DNA from: Propionibacterium freudenreichii subsp. freudenreichii
GTDB lineage: Bacteria > Actinomycetota > Actinomycetes > Propionibacteriales > Propionibacteriaceae
Reading direction: 5' to 3'
DNA: 32,000 nt
NCBI RefSeq assembly: GCF_000940845.1
Contig: NZ_CP010341.1
Location: 2,610,001 to 2,642,000, forward strand
This document shows positions 16,106 through 24,309 of the stretch, one piece after another (position 1 is the stretch's first letter; the number at the start of each line of letters is the position of its first letter). The notes beneath the pieces were generated by a model. The model saw nothing but the letters and a program-made list of their open reading frames with translations, was not told the DNA's origin and made no database searches. The position numbers and the translations under genes are program-made.

Positions 16106-16307
16106 ACAGTCTAGGGCTCCGGCCGCGGTCGGGTGCGATCCCGGACCCCTCTGCCTGCCACCCGGGACCCCTTTTCGCCGACCGACCCACGACCTGGGCA
16201 CCACCGCACCGGTGATCCTCAGCCAACACACAGTCTTGACGCTCCGCACGGGTTCCCGACTGGGGCACACTGGTATCAGGTCCACGGCCGCCGGTGGGCC
16301 CGGAAGG

Positions 16308-18089
16308 ATGTCCATGATTCCGCTGGAGGTCAGCGTCAAGTTCCCTGAGACCGTCATCGAGATCGTCGTCACCCTCGTGCTGGCGCTGGTCTGCCGCTTC
16401 GCGCTGCGCAAGGTGATCGATCGCGCGGTGGCGCGCGCCACCCAACGTCAGGGCGAGCACGGCCTGCTGGCGATGGGACGTTCCTCGAGCGTGGTCGCCA
16501 CCACCGGCGGGGTGAACACCAACCGCTCCATGCAGCGGGCCAAGACGCTGGGTTCGGTGCTGAAGTCGATGACCGACGTGGTGTTGATCATCGTCGTGGT
16601 GCTCATGGTGCTGAACTCACTGAACATCAACATCGGACCCGCCCTGGCAAGCGCCGGCATCGTCGGCGTCGCGGTCGGCTTCGGCGCGCAAAGCCTGTTC
16701 AAGGACCTGTTCAGTGGCGTATTCATGCTTGCCGAGGACCAGTACGGCGTCGGCGACATCATCGAGGTGAACAAGCTCAAGGGCACCGTGCGATCGGTGG
16801 GCTTCCGCGTCACCGAGTTGCAGGACTTCAATGGCGAGGTCTGGTACGTGCGCAACGGCGAGATCAGCACGGTGGGCAATGTGAGCCAGGGCTTCACGTC
16901 GAGCCTGGTGACCATTCCGGTGAGCGTCGACGAGAGCCCCAAGCTGGTGATCCGGCTGCTGGCGCGCATGTTGAAGAAGATGGACTCCGAGCCCGATTGG
17001 CACAACAAGATGCTGGAGGAGCCCAGCATGCTGGGCCTGTCCGCCCTGGACGCCACCACCGCCAGCTACCAGATCTCGATCAAGTGCCCGGCCAATTCGC
17101 AGTGGGACGTCGAGCGCGAGATCCGCAGCCGCGCGTTGTCGACGCTGAGCCAGGCCGGCGTGCGGATGCCGGTGACGCGGGTGGCCACGGTGCCGCCGCA
17201 CACCGCCGACGAGACCATGGCCATGCCCCATTCCCGCAGGCGCCGCCTGGGCCAGTTGGCGCAGCAGCGCATGGCCGAACGGCACGCCACCGACCAGTCG
17301 GCCACGGGACGGACGGGCACCGAACCAGCCGGGGAGGCCACGCAGGAGCCGTCGGCCGAGCAGGGCACGCCCCCCACCGGCGAGGTGATCCGGCGTCCCG
17401 CCGAGCCGGGACAGGCCGCCGCCGACAGCCGGCCGACCGACGCAGCCCAGGCCGCAGCGGGTCCGGCATCCGATCAGGTGGTGCCGGCTGACGACACCCT
17501 GCCCGCCCCGAAGGTGAAGGCCGCCGACACCGGCCAGCTGCGCAAGGCCCGCGCCTGGCTCGACCACGGCGCCGACCGCTCGGTGCGCTGGGTGGCGCAG
17601 GCCACTCCCGGGGCCAGCGAGGTGCACGACATGACCGCCGACCAGACGGTGCTGATGAGCGCCGATGATGTGCTGCGTCGGCCCGATCAGGCCGACGGCA
17701 CCGGCCGGACGCACCGCAGCACCGCGGCATCGGGCACGACGGCATCAGGCACTGCCGCATCAGATACTGCGGCATCGGGCTCGGGCACCGACGGTGCGAA
17801 GCCCACGGGCGACAGGCCCGGCGCCGACCCCAGTGACCCCCGCACCGGTGCCGCCGACTCCGGCGCCACCAAGTCCACTGCGGCCGGCTCCTCCGATGCG
17901 AAGGGCGACGACGAGGCCAGCAAGACCCGCAGCCTGCGGGCGATCGACACCGGGCACCAGCCCGGCACCGACCCGGAGCAGGGCACCGGCGATCCGGCCC
18001 CGCAGTCCGGCGACCGATCCGACCCGTCCGAGCCGCCGGCCGACCAGACACGGCGCCTGTTCGGGCGTCGCGGCCGCAAGCGCGACTGA
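16308..18089 (+). CDS. Mechanosensitive ion channel (MscS family) with a ~300-aa disordered C-terminal extension
   Basis: ORF 16212..18089 trimmed to the ATG at 16308. It has three TM helices and then the MscS core AGIVGVAVGFGAQSLFKDLFSGVFMLAEDQYGVGDIIEV...GTV..VGFRVT.L.D.NGEV.YV.NG. The C-terminus from about 17200 is low-complexity A/T/G/D/P/S. Confidence 0.9.
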   Translation: MSMIPLEVSVKFPETVIEIVVTLVLALVCRFALRKVIDRAVARATQRQGEHGLLAMGRSSSVVATTGGVNTNRSMQRAKTLGSVLKSMTDVVLIIVVVLMVLNSLNINIGPALASAGIVGVAVGFGAQSLFKDLFSGVFMLAEDQYGVGDIIEVNKLKGTVRSVGFRVTELQDFNGEVWYVRNGEISTVGNVSQGFTSSLVTIPVSVDESPKLVIRLLARMLKKMDSEPDWHNKMLEEPSMLGLSALDATTASYQISIKCPANSQWDVEREIRSRALSTLSQAGVRMPVTRVATVPPHTADETMAMPHSRRRRLGQLAQQRMAERHATDQSATGRTGTEPAGEATQEPSAEQGTPPTGEVIRRPAEPGQAAADSRPTDAAQAAAGPASDQVVPADDTLPAPKVKAADTGQLRKARAWLDHGADRSVRWVAQATPGASEVHDMTADQTVLMSADDVLRRPDQADGTGRTHRSTAASGTTASGTAASDTAASGSGTDGAKPTGDRPGADPSDPRTGAADSGATKSTAAGSSDAKGDDEASKTRSLRAIDTGHQPGTDPEQGTGDPAPQSGDRSDPSEPPADQTRRLFGRRGRKRD

Positions 18090-18143
18090 GCGACCGACCT
18101 CGCCCCCACCACCGGGCCGGCACCGCCACTAAACTCGTGACTC

Positions 18144-19634
18144 GTGTCCGATTCTTCGCAGGCCCTGTCTGTTGCCCAGCGTCACGCGGTGGATGAGCTG
18201 TTGCGCATCACACCGGTGATCGACGAGCTGGGCGCGCTGTTCCACAAAGCCGGCGAGGAGCTCTACCTGGTGGGCGGTTCGGTGCGCGACGCCCTGTTGG
18301 GCCGCCTGGGCCACGACCTCGACTTCACCACCTCGGCCGATCCCGACACCACCGAGCGGTTGCTGCACCGGTTCAGCTCCGCGGTATGGACCGTCGGCAA
18401 GGAGTTCGGCACCATCGGGGCGTCCAAGAAGTCGAACGGCCACGAGCTGCAGATCGAGATCACCACCTTCCGCGCCGACGCCTACGAGCCCGATTCGCGC
18501 AAGCCGATCGTGGCCTACGGCGACAATGTGCAGGACGACCTGGTGCGCCGCGATTTCACGGTGAATGCGATGGCCATCGACGTGCATTCCAAGGCGTTCG
18601 TCGACCCCCACGGCGGCATCCGGGACCTCGCCGCGAAGGTGCTGCGCACCCCGACGGCCCCCGAGATCAGCTTCAGCGACGATCCGCTGCGCATGATGCG
18701 GGCCTGCCGGTTCGCCGCCCAGCTGGGGTTCAAGGTTGACCCGGTCACCTTCAATGCGATGAAGGCCATGCACGAGCGCATCGAGATCGTCTCGCCCGAG
18801 CGAGTGCGCGACGAATTGTCGAAGCTGCTGCTGGCCGACGCGCCGCGCCCGGGCCTCAACCTGTTGGTGGCCAGCGGACTGGCCGACATCGTGCTGCCCG
18901 AACTGCCCGCAATGCGCCTGGAACGCGACGAGCACTTCCGCCACAAGGACGTCTACGAGCACTCACTGACGGTGCTCGATCAGGCGATCGCGCTGGAGAA
19001 GGCCCGCGACTACAAGGACGGCAAGCCCAACCCCCACCACCAGCCCGACCTGGTGATCCGCCTGGCGGCGCTGCTGCACGACATCGGCAAGCCGGCCACC
19101 CGGGGGCTGGACGGCGACAAGGTCACCTTCCACCACCACGACATCGTGGGCGCCAAGCTGGCGCGCAAGCGGCTGCGTGCACTGCACTATCCCAAGGCCG
19201 TGGTGGACGCGGTGGGCCAGCTCATCGAACAGCACCTGCGCTTTCATGGCTATGGCGAGGCGAGCTGGACCGATTCGGCGGTGCGCCGCTATGTGCGCGA
19301 CGCCGGCGACCAGCTGGAGCACCTGCACATCCTCACCCGCAGCGACTGCACCACCCGCAATGCCCGCAAGGCCGACACCCTGCGCCGCGCCTACGACGAG
19401 CTCGAGGCCCGCATCGACGAGCTGGCCGCCACCGAGGAGTTGAAGTCGATCCGTCCCGACCTGAACGGCGACGAGATCATGACGATCCTGGGCATCGCGC
19501 CGGGTCCGCAGGTGGGCCGGGCCTACCAGCACATGCTGTCGGTGCGCATGGACCAGGGCCCCCTCGACCATGACGCCGCAGTCGCCGAGCTGAAGCGCTG
19601 GTGGGCCGCGCAGCCCCACCCGGATGCCAGCTGA
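18144..19634 (+). CDS. cca: CCA tRNA nucleotidyltransferase (CCA-adding enzyme, PcnA-type, with HD domain)
   Basis: GTG start. Motifs: LYLVGGSVRDALLGR..HDLDFTT, TFR.D.Y, RRDFTVNAM, DDPLRMMRA.RFA, and an HD domain with LLHDIGKP. Confidence 0.92.
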   Translation: MSDSSQALSVAQRHAVDELLRITPVIDELGALFHKAGEELYLVGGSVRDALLGRLGHDLDFTTSADPDTTERLLHRFSSAVWTVGKEFGTIGASKKSNGHELQIEITTFRADAYEPDSRKPIVAYGDNVQDDLVRRDFTVNAMAIDVHSKAFVDPHGGIRDLAAKVLRTPTAPEISFSDDPLRMMRACRFAAQLGFKVDPVTFNAMKAMHERIEIVSPERVRDELSKLLLADAPRPGLNLLVASGLADIVLPELPAMRLERDEHFRHKDVYEHSLTVLDQAIALEKARDYKDGKPNPHHQPDLVIRLAALLHDIGKPATRGLDGDKVTFHHHDIVGAKLARKRLRALHYPKAVVDAVGQLIEQHLRFHGYGEASWTDSAVRRYVRDAGDQLEHLHILTRSDCTTRNARKADTLRRAYDELEARIDELAATEELKSIRPDLNGDEIMTILGIAPGPQVGRAYQHMLSVRMDQGPLDHDAAVAELKRWWAAQPHPDAS

Positions 19635-20024
19635 GGCAACGAGCGGATTGCACGGCAATCCACGAGCACCGCTTGCCCACAGACAGGGGCGACTACACTA
19701 GGTGAGTTGGCTTCATCCGTCACCGATGCCCCGGCGGCTTGCGCCTTCCTGAATGGGTTGGCCACTGACCGCCACGGAATCGGTTGGATATGCCAGCCAC
19801 CACGCAATGAATTCTCAGGTACGGCGCTCGACACGAGATATATTCCGGTATCACGTCGGATGGCCATCTCGCGGCGATAGCCCTTGGCGCCCCGTGCACG
19901 GAAGCCGGCGTGGACCACCACATGCGTGGACGAAACAAGCATGCACAAGGCGAAGCTGCCACCCCCGAGCATCGGTGGCGCTTCGCCTTGACTATGCGTG
20001 CTGCGGGAATGACAAGCAGAGAAG

Positions 20025-21527
20025 TTGAGGAACTCAGTGGATTTCAGGAACGAGCGGCACCTTATTCACGTGCCGGGCACCGATCGGGTGTTCAACCGAC
20101 TCAAGGTACTGATCGTACTGATGATCCCGCTGGCGATGTCACTGATGTCGATCAGCTCGATCAACGTGGCACTGCCCACCATCGAAACCTCCATCGGCGC
20201 CTCCGACACGTCCGTGCAATGGATGCTGTCGGGCTACGCCCTGGTGTTCGGCATGCTGCTGGTGCCCTCGGGGCGCCTCGGCGACGCGATCGGACGCGGC
20301 ACCGTGTGGATCACCGGCGTGTCGATCTTCTCGATCGGCTCGCTGGTCTGTGGCTTCGCGAGCACCCCGGGGCTGCTCAACATCGCCCGCGTGGCGCAGG
20401 GCTTCGGTGCCGGCGTGCTCAATCCCCAGACCATCGGCATGATCCAGCAGTACTTCCGCGGTGAGGGCCGGGCGCGCGCCTACAGCGTCTTCGGCCTGGT
20501 GATCGCCGCATCGGTGGCCGCCGGCCCGCTGTTCACCGGCCTGATCATCCGTGCGCTGGGCGCCCAGAACGGCTGGCGCGCCAGCTTCCTGTGGAACGCC
20601 CCGCTCGGTTTCCTGGGCATCGCACTGGCCCTCATGTGGTTCCCCTTCGACGGGGAGCGCCGGCGTCGCCACGCCAAGGAGGCCGGCGAGGCGGTGCACA
20701 CCAAGCTCGACCTCGACCCGGTGGCGATGGTGTTGCTGGCCGCCGCCGTGCTGTGCATCATGATGCCGTTCATGCTCAAGACCGGCCCGGGCTTCCTGCT
20801 GTTGCCGGTCGCTGCCGTGCTGCTGGTGGCGTGGGTGCGCTGGGAGCGCCACTACGGCGCCCGCGGGGGTCAACCGATGGTTGACCTGAAGCTGTTCCGC
20901 TACCGCTCGTTCACCCATGCCACCGCCGTGTCGGGCACGCAGTTCCTGGGTGGCACGTCGATCTTCGTGCTCGTGGCGCTGTTCCTGCAGGACGGCATGC
21001 ATGTCTCGGCCCTGCAGGCGGGCATGATCGGCCTGCCGAATGCGGTGTTGTCGGCCATCGCGTCCCTGTGGTGTGGACGCCAGGCCCTCACCCGCGGACG
21101 CAACCTGGTGATCGTCGGCCTGTCGTGCATCCTGGTGGGCGTGCTGGGTTCCATCGGCATGGCCAAGCTGATCATGGAGCACGGGGTCAACTTCTGGTGG
21201 CTTGCCGTGCCGCTGTCGCTGATCGGCATCGGCAACGGCTGCATGACCGGCTGCAACCAGACCCTGTCGATGCTCGAGGTGCCCCCGAAGGAGGGCGGCG
21301 TCGCCGGCGGCGTGAAGTCGACCACCGAGCGCGTGGCCACCGCCATCGGCAATGCGGTGATCACCGCCGTGTTCTTCACCCTGGTCACCAAGGGCTGGGC
21401 CGTGGCGCTCACCTGGGCCTATGTGGTGATCGCCGTGATCATCGCCGTCGCCATCGGACTGGCGATCTACGACCGCGTCACCCTGGGCCGTGGCGCGCCG
21501 CCCACCGCACACTCCGTGACGGTCTGA
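20025..21527 (+). CDS. MFS transporter, DHA2 (EmrB/QacA, 14-TMS) type
   Basis: About 500 aa and about 14 TM helices. The N-terminal pattern is SINVALPTI...........WMLSGYALVFGMLLVPSGRLGDAIGR. The start is uncertain: TTG at 20025, or GTG at 20037 which has GAGGA 5 nt upstream. Confidence 0.9.
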   Translation: MRNSVDFRNERHLIHVPGTDRVFNRLKVLIVLMIPLAMSLMSISSINVALPTIETSIGASDTSVQWMLSGYALVFGMLLVPSGRLGDAIGRGTVWITGVSIFSIGSLVCGFASTPGLLNIARVAQGFGAGVLNPQTIGMIQQYFRGEGRARAYSVFGLVIAASVAAGPLFTGLIIRALGAQNGWRASFLWNAPLGFLGIALALMWFPFDGERRRRHAKEAGEAVHTKLDLDPVAMVLLAAAVLCIMMPFMLKTGPGFLLLPVAAVLLVAWVRWERHYGARGGQPMVDLKLFRYRSFTHATAVSGTQFLGGTSIFVLVALFLQDGMHVSALQAGMIGLPNAVLSAIASLWCGRQALTRGRNLVIVGLSCILVGVLGSIGMAKLIMEHGVNFWWLAVPLSLIGIGNGCMTGCNQTLSMLEVPPKEGGVAGGVKSTTERVATAIGNAVITAVFFTLVTKGWAVALTWAYVVIAVIIAVAIGLAIYDRVTLGRGAPPTAHSVTV

Positions 21528-21592
21528 GGCCGTCGCGGGACGACGGGACTGCGGGCCTGCCGCGCAGGTGTCGTCCGTCACCGGGCACGTCA

Positions 21593-21687
21593 TCAACAGG
21601 GTCGGGCGTCAACAGGCCCCGGCATCAACAGGCCCCGGCATCAACAGGCCCCGTCGTCAACAGGCAGGGCATCGACAGGCACAGGCA
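21593..21687. repeat. Tandem array, 6 x 16 bp (consensus TCAACAGGCCCCGGCA)
   Basis: Units start at 21593, 21609, 21625, 21641, 21657 and 21672. Units 2 and 3 are identical and the outer units diverge. The array is intergenic and ends 13 nt before the GTG start at 21701. Confidence 0.88.
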
Positions 21688-21700
21688 ATACGATGGGCGG

Positions 21701-23797
21701 GTGAGCCCACGACATGCCGACGACGCCTCCGGTGACCGCCGGCGCACCGGCCCGCAGGCCCGGCTGCCGCGCTGGCTGGCCGGGCTGTTGTGCATCGTGC
21801 TCACCACGCTGTCGCTGGGCGTCGTGCATCCCGCCGTGCGCGCCGACGACGCGACACTGGACGTCACCTTCACCTCGATGTCGCCGTCGGCGGTCACCGA
21901 CGAGGGCGACCTCACGCTCACCGGCACCATCACCAACAAGGGCTCGGCCACGGTGAACCGTCCCACCGTGCACATGTGGCGCAATCGGGCGCCACTGACC
22001 AACGCCGACGCGCTCAACTTCCTGGTGAAGAACCAGTCGTCCGAGCCGATGGGCGATGTGGTCACCACCTCGGCCGCCGCCCAGACGGTGGCCAGCCTGA
22101 CGCCGGGGGCGAGCGCCAACTTCACGGTGCGCGCCGCCTTCTCGGGCGGTGGCGACCCGTTGGCCCTGGTGAGCCCGGGCAACGCCTACCTGGTGGGCGT
22201 GCGCGTCGACAACAGCGCAGGAACCCAGGTGGGCAGCTCACGCACCCTCATCTCCTATCCCGGCACCTCGAAGTACGACGTCACGACGGTGGCCGAGCTG
22301 GCCAGCGCGCCCAGCTATGTGGGCACCGACAACGGCAAGCCCGTGTTCACCGACGACCACCTGGCCGCCGAGATCTCCCCCGACGGACGCCTTGGCCAGC
22401 TGGTGCAGCTCGCCGAGGCCGACAACGTCAGCTCGGTGATCGACCCCCTGCTGGTCGATGAGCTCACGGCGATGGCCTCGGGCTACGAGGTGCGCAGCAC
22501 CGACGGCACGCGGGTTCCCGGCCGGGGACAGGACGCCGCCAGCTCGTTCCTGCGGCGCATCCAGGGCGTCGCAGCGAACGGACGCAGTTACCGCGGCCTG
22601 TACGGGATGTTGGGCGTCAGCGCGGCCGCGTCGGCGTCCCGCCACGACCTGCTGGTGTCGGCGGCGCAGCAGTCGGCGGGCAACCAGACCCTCAAGGCAC
22701 TGCCGCTGGCGATCACCGCCACCGGCAATGCGCTCACCAGCAACGACCTCGAATACCTGGCCAGCGCCAAGCCGACGCTGGTGTTGGCGCAGGGCATCGA
22801 CCCGGCATCGCCGGTGCGTCAGGCAACGGTGCGGCAGGGTGCACCCACCCAGCTCACCGTGGTGTCGGTGCAGACCACGCTGGGCGACGGCGGGCCCGCG
22901 CCGGCCCCCGACCAGGACCTGGTGCACCGGGTGGGACGCCTGCAGAGCGAGCAGCTGGTGCGTGCCGCCGCCTATGGCACGTCGGTGCACCTGGTGACCG
23001 GTGGCGATGCTGCTCGCGCCGAACTTGCCGCTGCCACTGGGCGGGTGCGCGTTCCGCTGCAGGAACTGCTGAAGAAGCAGACCACGCCGGTAGCGCTGCA
23101 GACCGGCAACACCGACGAGATCAGCGCCCCGGGCAGCCTCACCGGGGCCGAGTCAACGGCCCAGACGCAGTTGGGCTTCTACAAGGCGCTGACGGGTGAG
23201 GATGCCGGCATCGACACGGAGTTGCTGATCACGCGGGTGTGGAGCGGTAGCTTTGCCGACGCGGACGCCGCCGAGGCCTACCTGAACACGGCGATGGCCA
23301 CCGTCAGCGCCGCCCTGCAGTCCGGGGGCGTGGAGGTGCACATGAGCGAGAAGCTCATCGTGCCCTCGAAGTCCACGTCGTTGCCGATCAGCCTGACCAA
23401 TTCGATGTCGATCCCCGTGCGGGTGCGGGTGCACTTCGACTCCGACAACTCCTCGCGCATCGACATCGACGACACCGATGTGATCCGGCTCGACCCGGGT
23501 GAATCCGCGACGGTGCGCATCACCCCGCATGCCAGCGGGTCGGGCACCGTGCAGATGGACGCCATGGTGATGACCGCCGGCGACCAGGCCCACCAGCTGG
23601 GCGATTCGGTGCGCTTCACCGTGCAGGCCAACAATGTGGGCAACATCGGGTGGATCATCATCATCGCCTCCGGCGTGGTGTTGTTGGGGGCCACCGCGCT
23701 GCGGGTGCGCCAGGTGCGCCACGAGCGTGCCCAGCAGCACACGCCTGCCGACGACGACCCCGACGTGCCCTTCGACCCGCGCCCCCTCGACGACTGA
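21701..23797 (+). CDS. Conserved actinobacterial exported/membrane-anchored protein, Rv3909-like (DUF6049-type)
   Basis: ORF 21068..23797 trimmed to the GTG at 21701, the first start after the MFS stop. Signal peptide RRRTGPQARLPRWLAGLLCIVLTTLSLGVVHPAVRA/DD, a large Ala/Thr/Val-rich ectodomain, and a C-terminal TM anchor IGWIIIIASGVVLLGATAL plus a basic/acidic tail. It occupies the position of Rv3909 in the conserved cca...trxB...parB region. Confidence 0.78.
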   Translation: MSPRHADDASGDRRRTGPQARLPRWLAGLLCIVLTTLSLGVVHPAVRADDATLDVTFTSMSPSAVTDEGDLTLTGTITNKGSATVNRPTVHMWRNRAPLTNADALNFLVKNQSSEPMGDVVTTSAAAQTVASLTPGASANFTVRAAFSGGGDPLALVSPGNAYLVGVRVDNSAGTQVGSSRTLISYPGTSKYDVTTVAELASAPSYVGTDNGKPVFTDDHLAAEISPDGRLGQLVQLAEADNVSSVIDPLLVDELTAMASGYEVRSTDGTRVPGRGQDAASSFLRRIQGVAANGRSYRGLYGMLGVSAAASASRHDLLVSAAQQSAGNQTLKALPLAITATGNALTSNDLEYLASAKPTLVLAQGIDPASPVRQATVRQGAPTQLTVVSVQTTLGDGGPAPAPDQDLVHRVGRLQSEQLVRAAAYGTSVHLVTGGDAARAELAAATGRVRVPLQELLKKQTTPVALQTGNTDEISAPGSLTGAESTAQTQLGFYKALTGEDAGIDTELLITRVWSGSFADADAAEAYLNTAMATVSAALQSGGVEVHMSEKLIVPSKSTSLPISLTNSMSIPVRVRVHFDSDNSSRIDIDDTDVIRLDPGESATVRITPHASGSGTVQMDAMVMTAGDQAHQLGDSVRFTVQANNVGNIGWIIIIASGVVLLGATALRVRQVRHERAQQHTPADDDPDVPFDPRPLDD

Positions 23798-23886
23798 GCG
23801 TCGGGTGGTGCCCCTCACCGGATGGCGTTTGCCCACCGGCGGGCGGGCTCGTCCTGCTGTCTCCCCTCGGCCATCACCCCACCGAC

Positions 23887-23938
23887 CACTAACTGGTCAC
23901 CTATGCGGAGTCATTCCCGCACAACTGTCCAGTTAGTG
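23887..23938. repeat. Structured repeat element, copy 1 (nested hairpin)
   Basis: An outer 10-bp stem, CACTAACTGG (23887-23896) with CCAGTTAGTG (23929-23938), encloses the 42-bp core GGTCACCTATGCGGAGTCATTCCCGCACAACTGTCCAGTTAG (23895-23936). The core has an inner TGCGG/CCGCA stem. Confidence 0.75.
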
Positions 23939-24025
23939 ACCAGGCGGCGGTGGACTCGGGGCGGCGTCGACTCGATCGGTTCTTAGGTGGAGGGTTTCGA
24001 TGCGTCTAGTCATCACAACCATCCA

Positions 24026-24136
24026 CTGAGTGGCCCGACGTCGCCTGGCACGGAAACCTCGTTGGGTGGTCACCTGTGCGGCGTCATTGCCGCACAACTG
24101 CCCACTCAGGGGGATCGTCATGCCCACTCAGGGGGA
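24026..24136. repeat. Structured repeat element, copy 2, plus a 15-bp direct duplication
   Basis: The core GGTCACCTGTGCGGCGTCATTGCCGCACAACTGCCCACTCAG (24068-24109) matches copy 1 at 36 of 42 positions, with an inner TGCGGC/GCCGCA stem. The outer arms are CTGAGTGG (24026-24033) and CCACTCAG (24102-24109). GCCCACTCAGGGGGA is repeated at 24100 and 24122. Confidence 0.7.
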
Positions 24137-24309
24137 GCGTCGCCCCCGGGCGAGCACCGGCCCAGCCCCCAACCCCCCACCTCCAAGATGGGCGATTCCC
24201 CGCAGCATCGGCACGCCCACGTGCCCCGCGCCCGCGCGCGAGGGCAGACTAGAGCCGGTACGCCCACGCACGGGACAACCAGTCGTCGGAGCGGAGGCCA
24301 GCGAGGGGG

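Noticed and set aside
15899-16307. IdeR/DtxR-type iron box upstream of the ABC operon.
   Set aside because: No TTAGGTTAGGCTAACCTAA-like sequence is present, and the region is explained by the cobalamin riboswitch instead.
14814-16460. Full 548-aa ORF, or a start at the ATG at 15977, for the binding protein.
   Set aside because: The upstream extension runs straight through the cobalamin riboswitch, and the ATG at 15977 lies within the B12-box region. It encodes no signal peptide, whereas the RBS-linked ATG at 15898 and the signal peptide are in another frame.
21068-21700. N-terminal 211 codons of the 909-aa ORF.
   Set aside because: This part overlaps the MFS gene out of frame and then crosses the 16-bp repeat array. 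The signal peptide begins right after the GTG at 21701.
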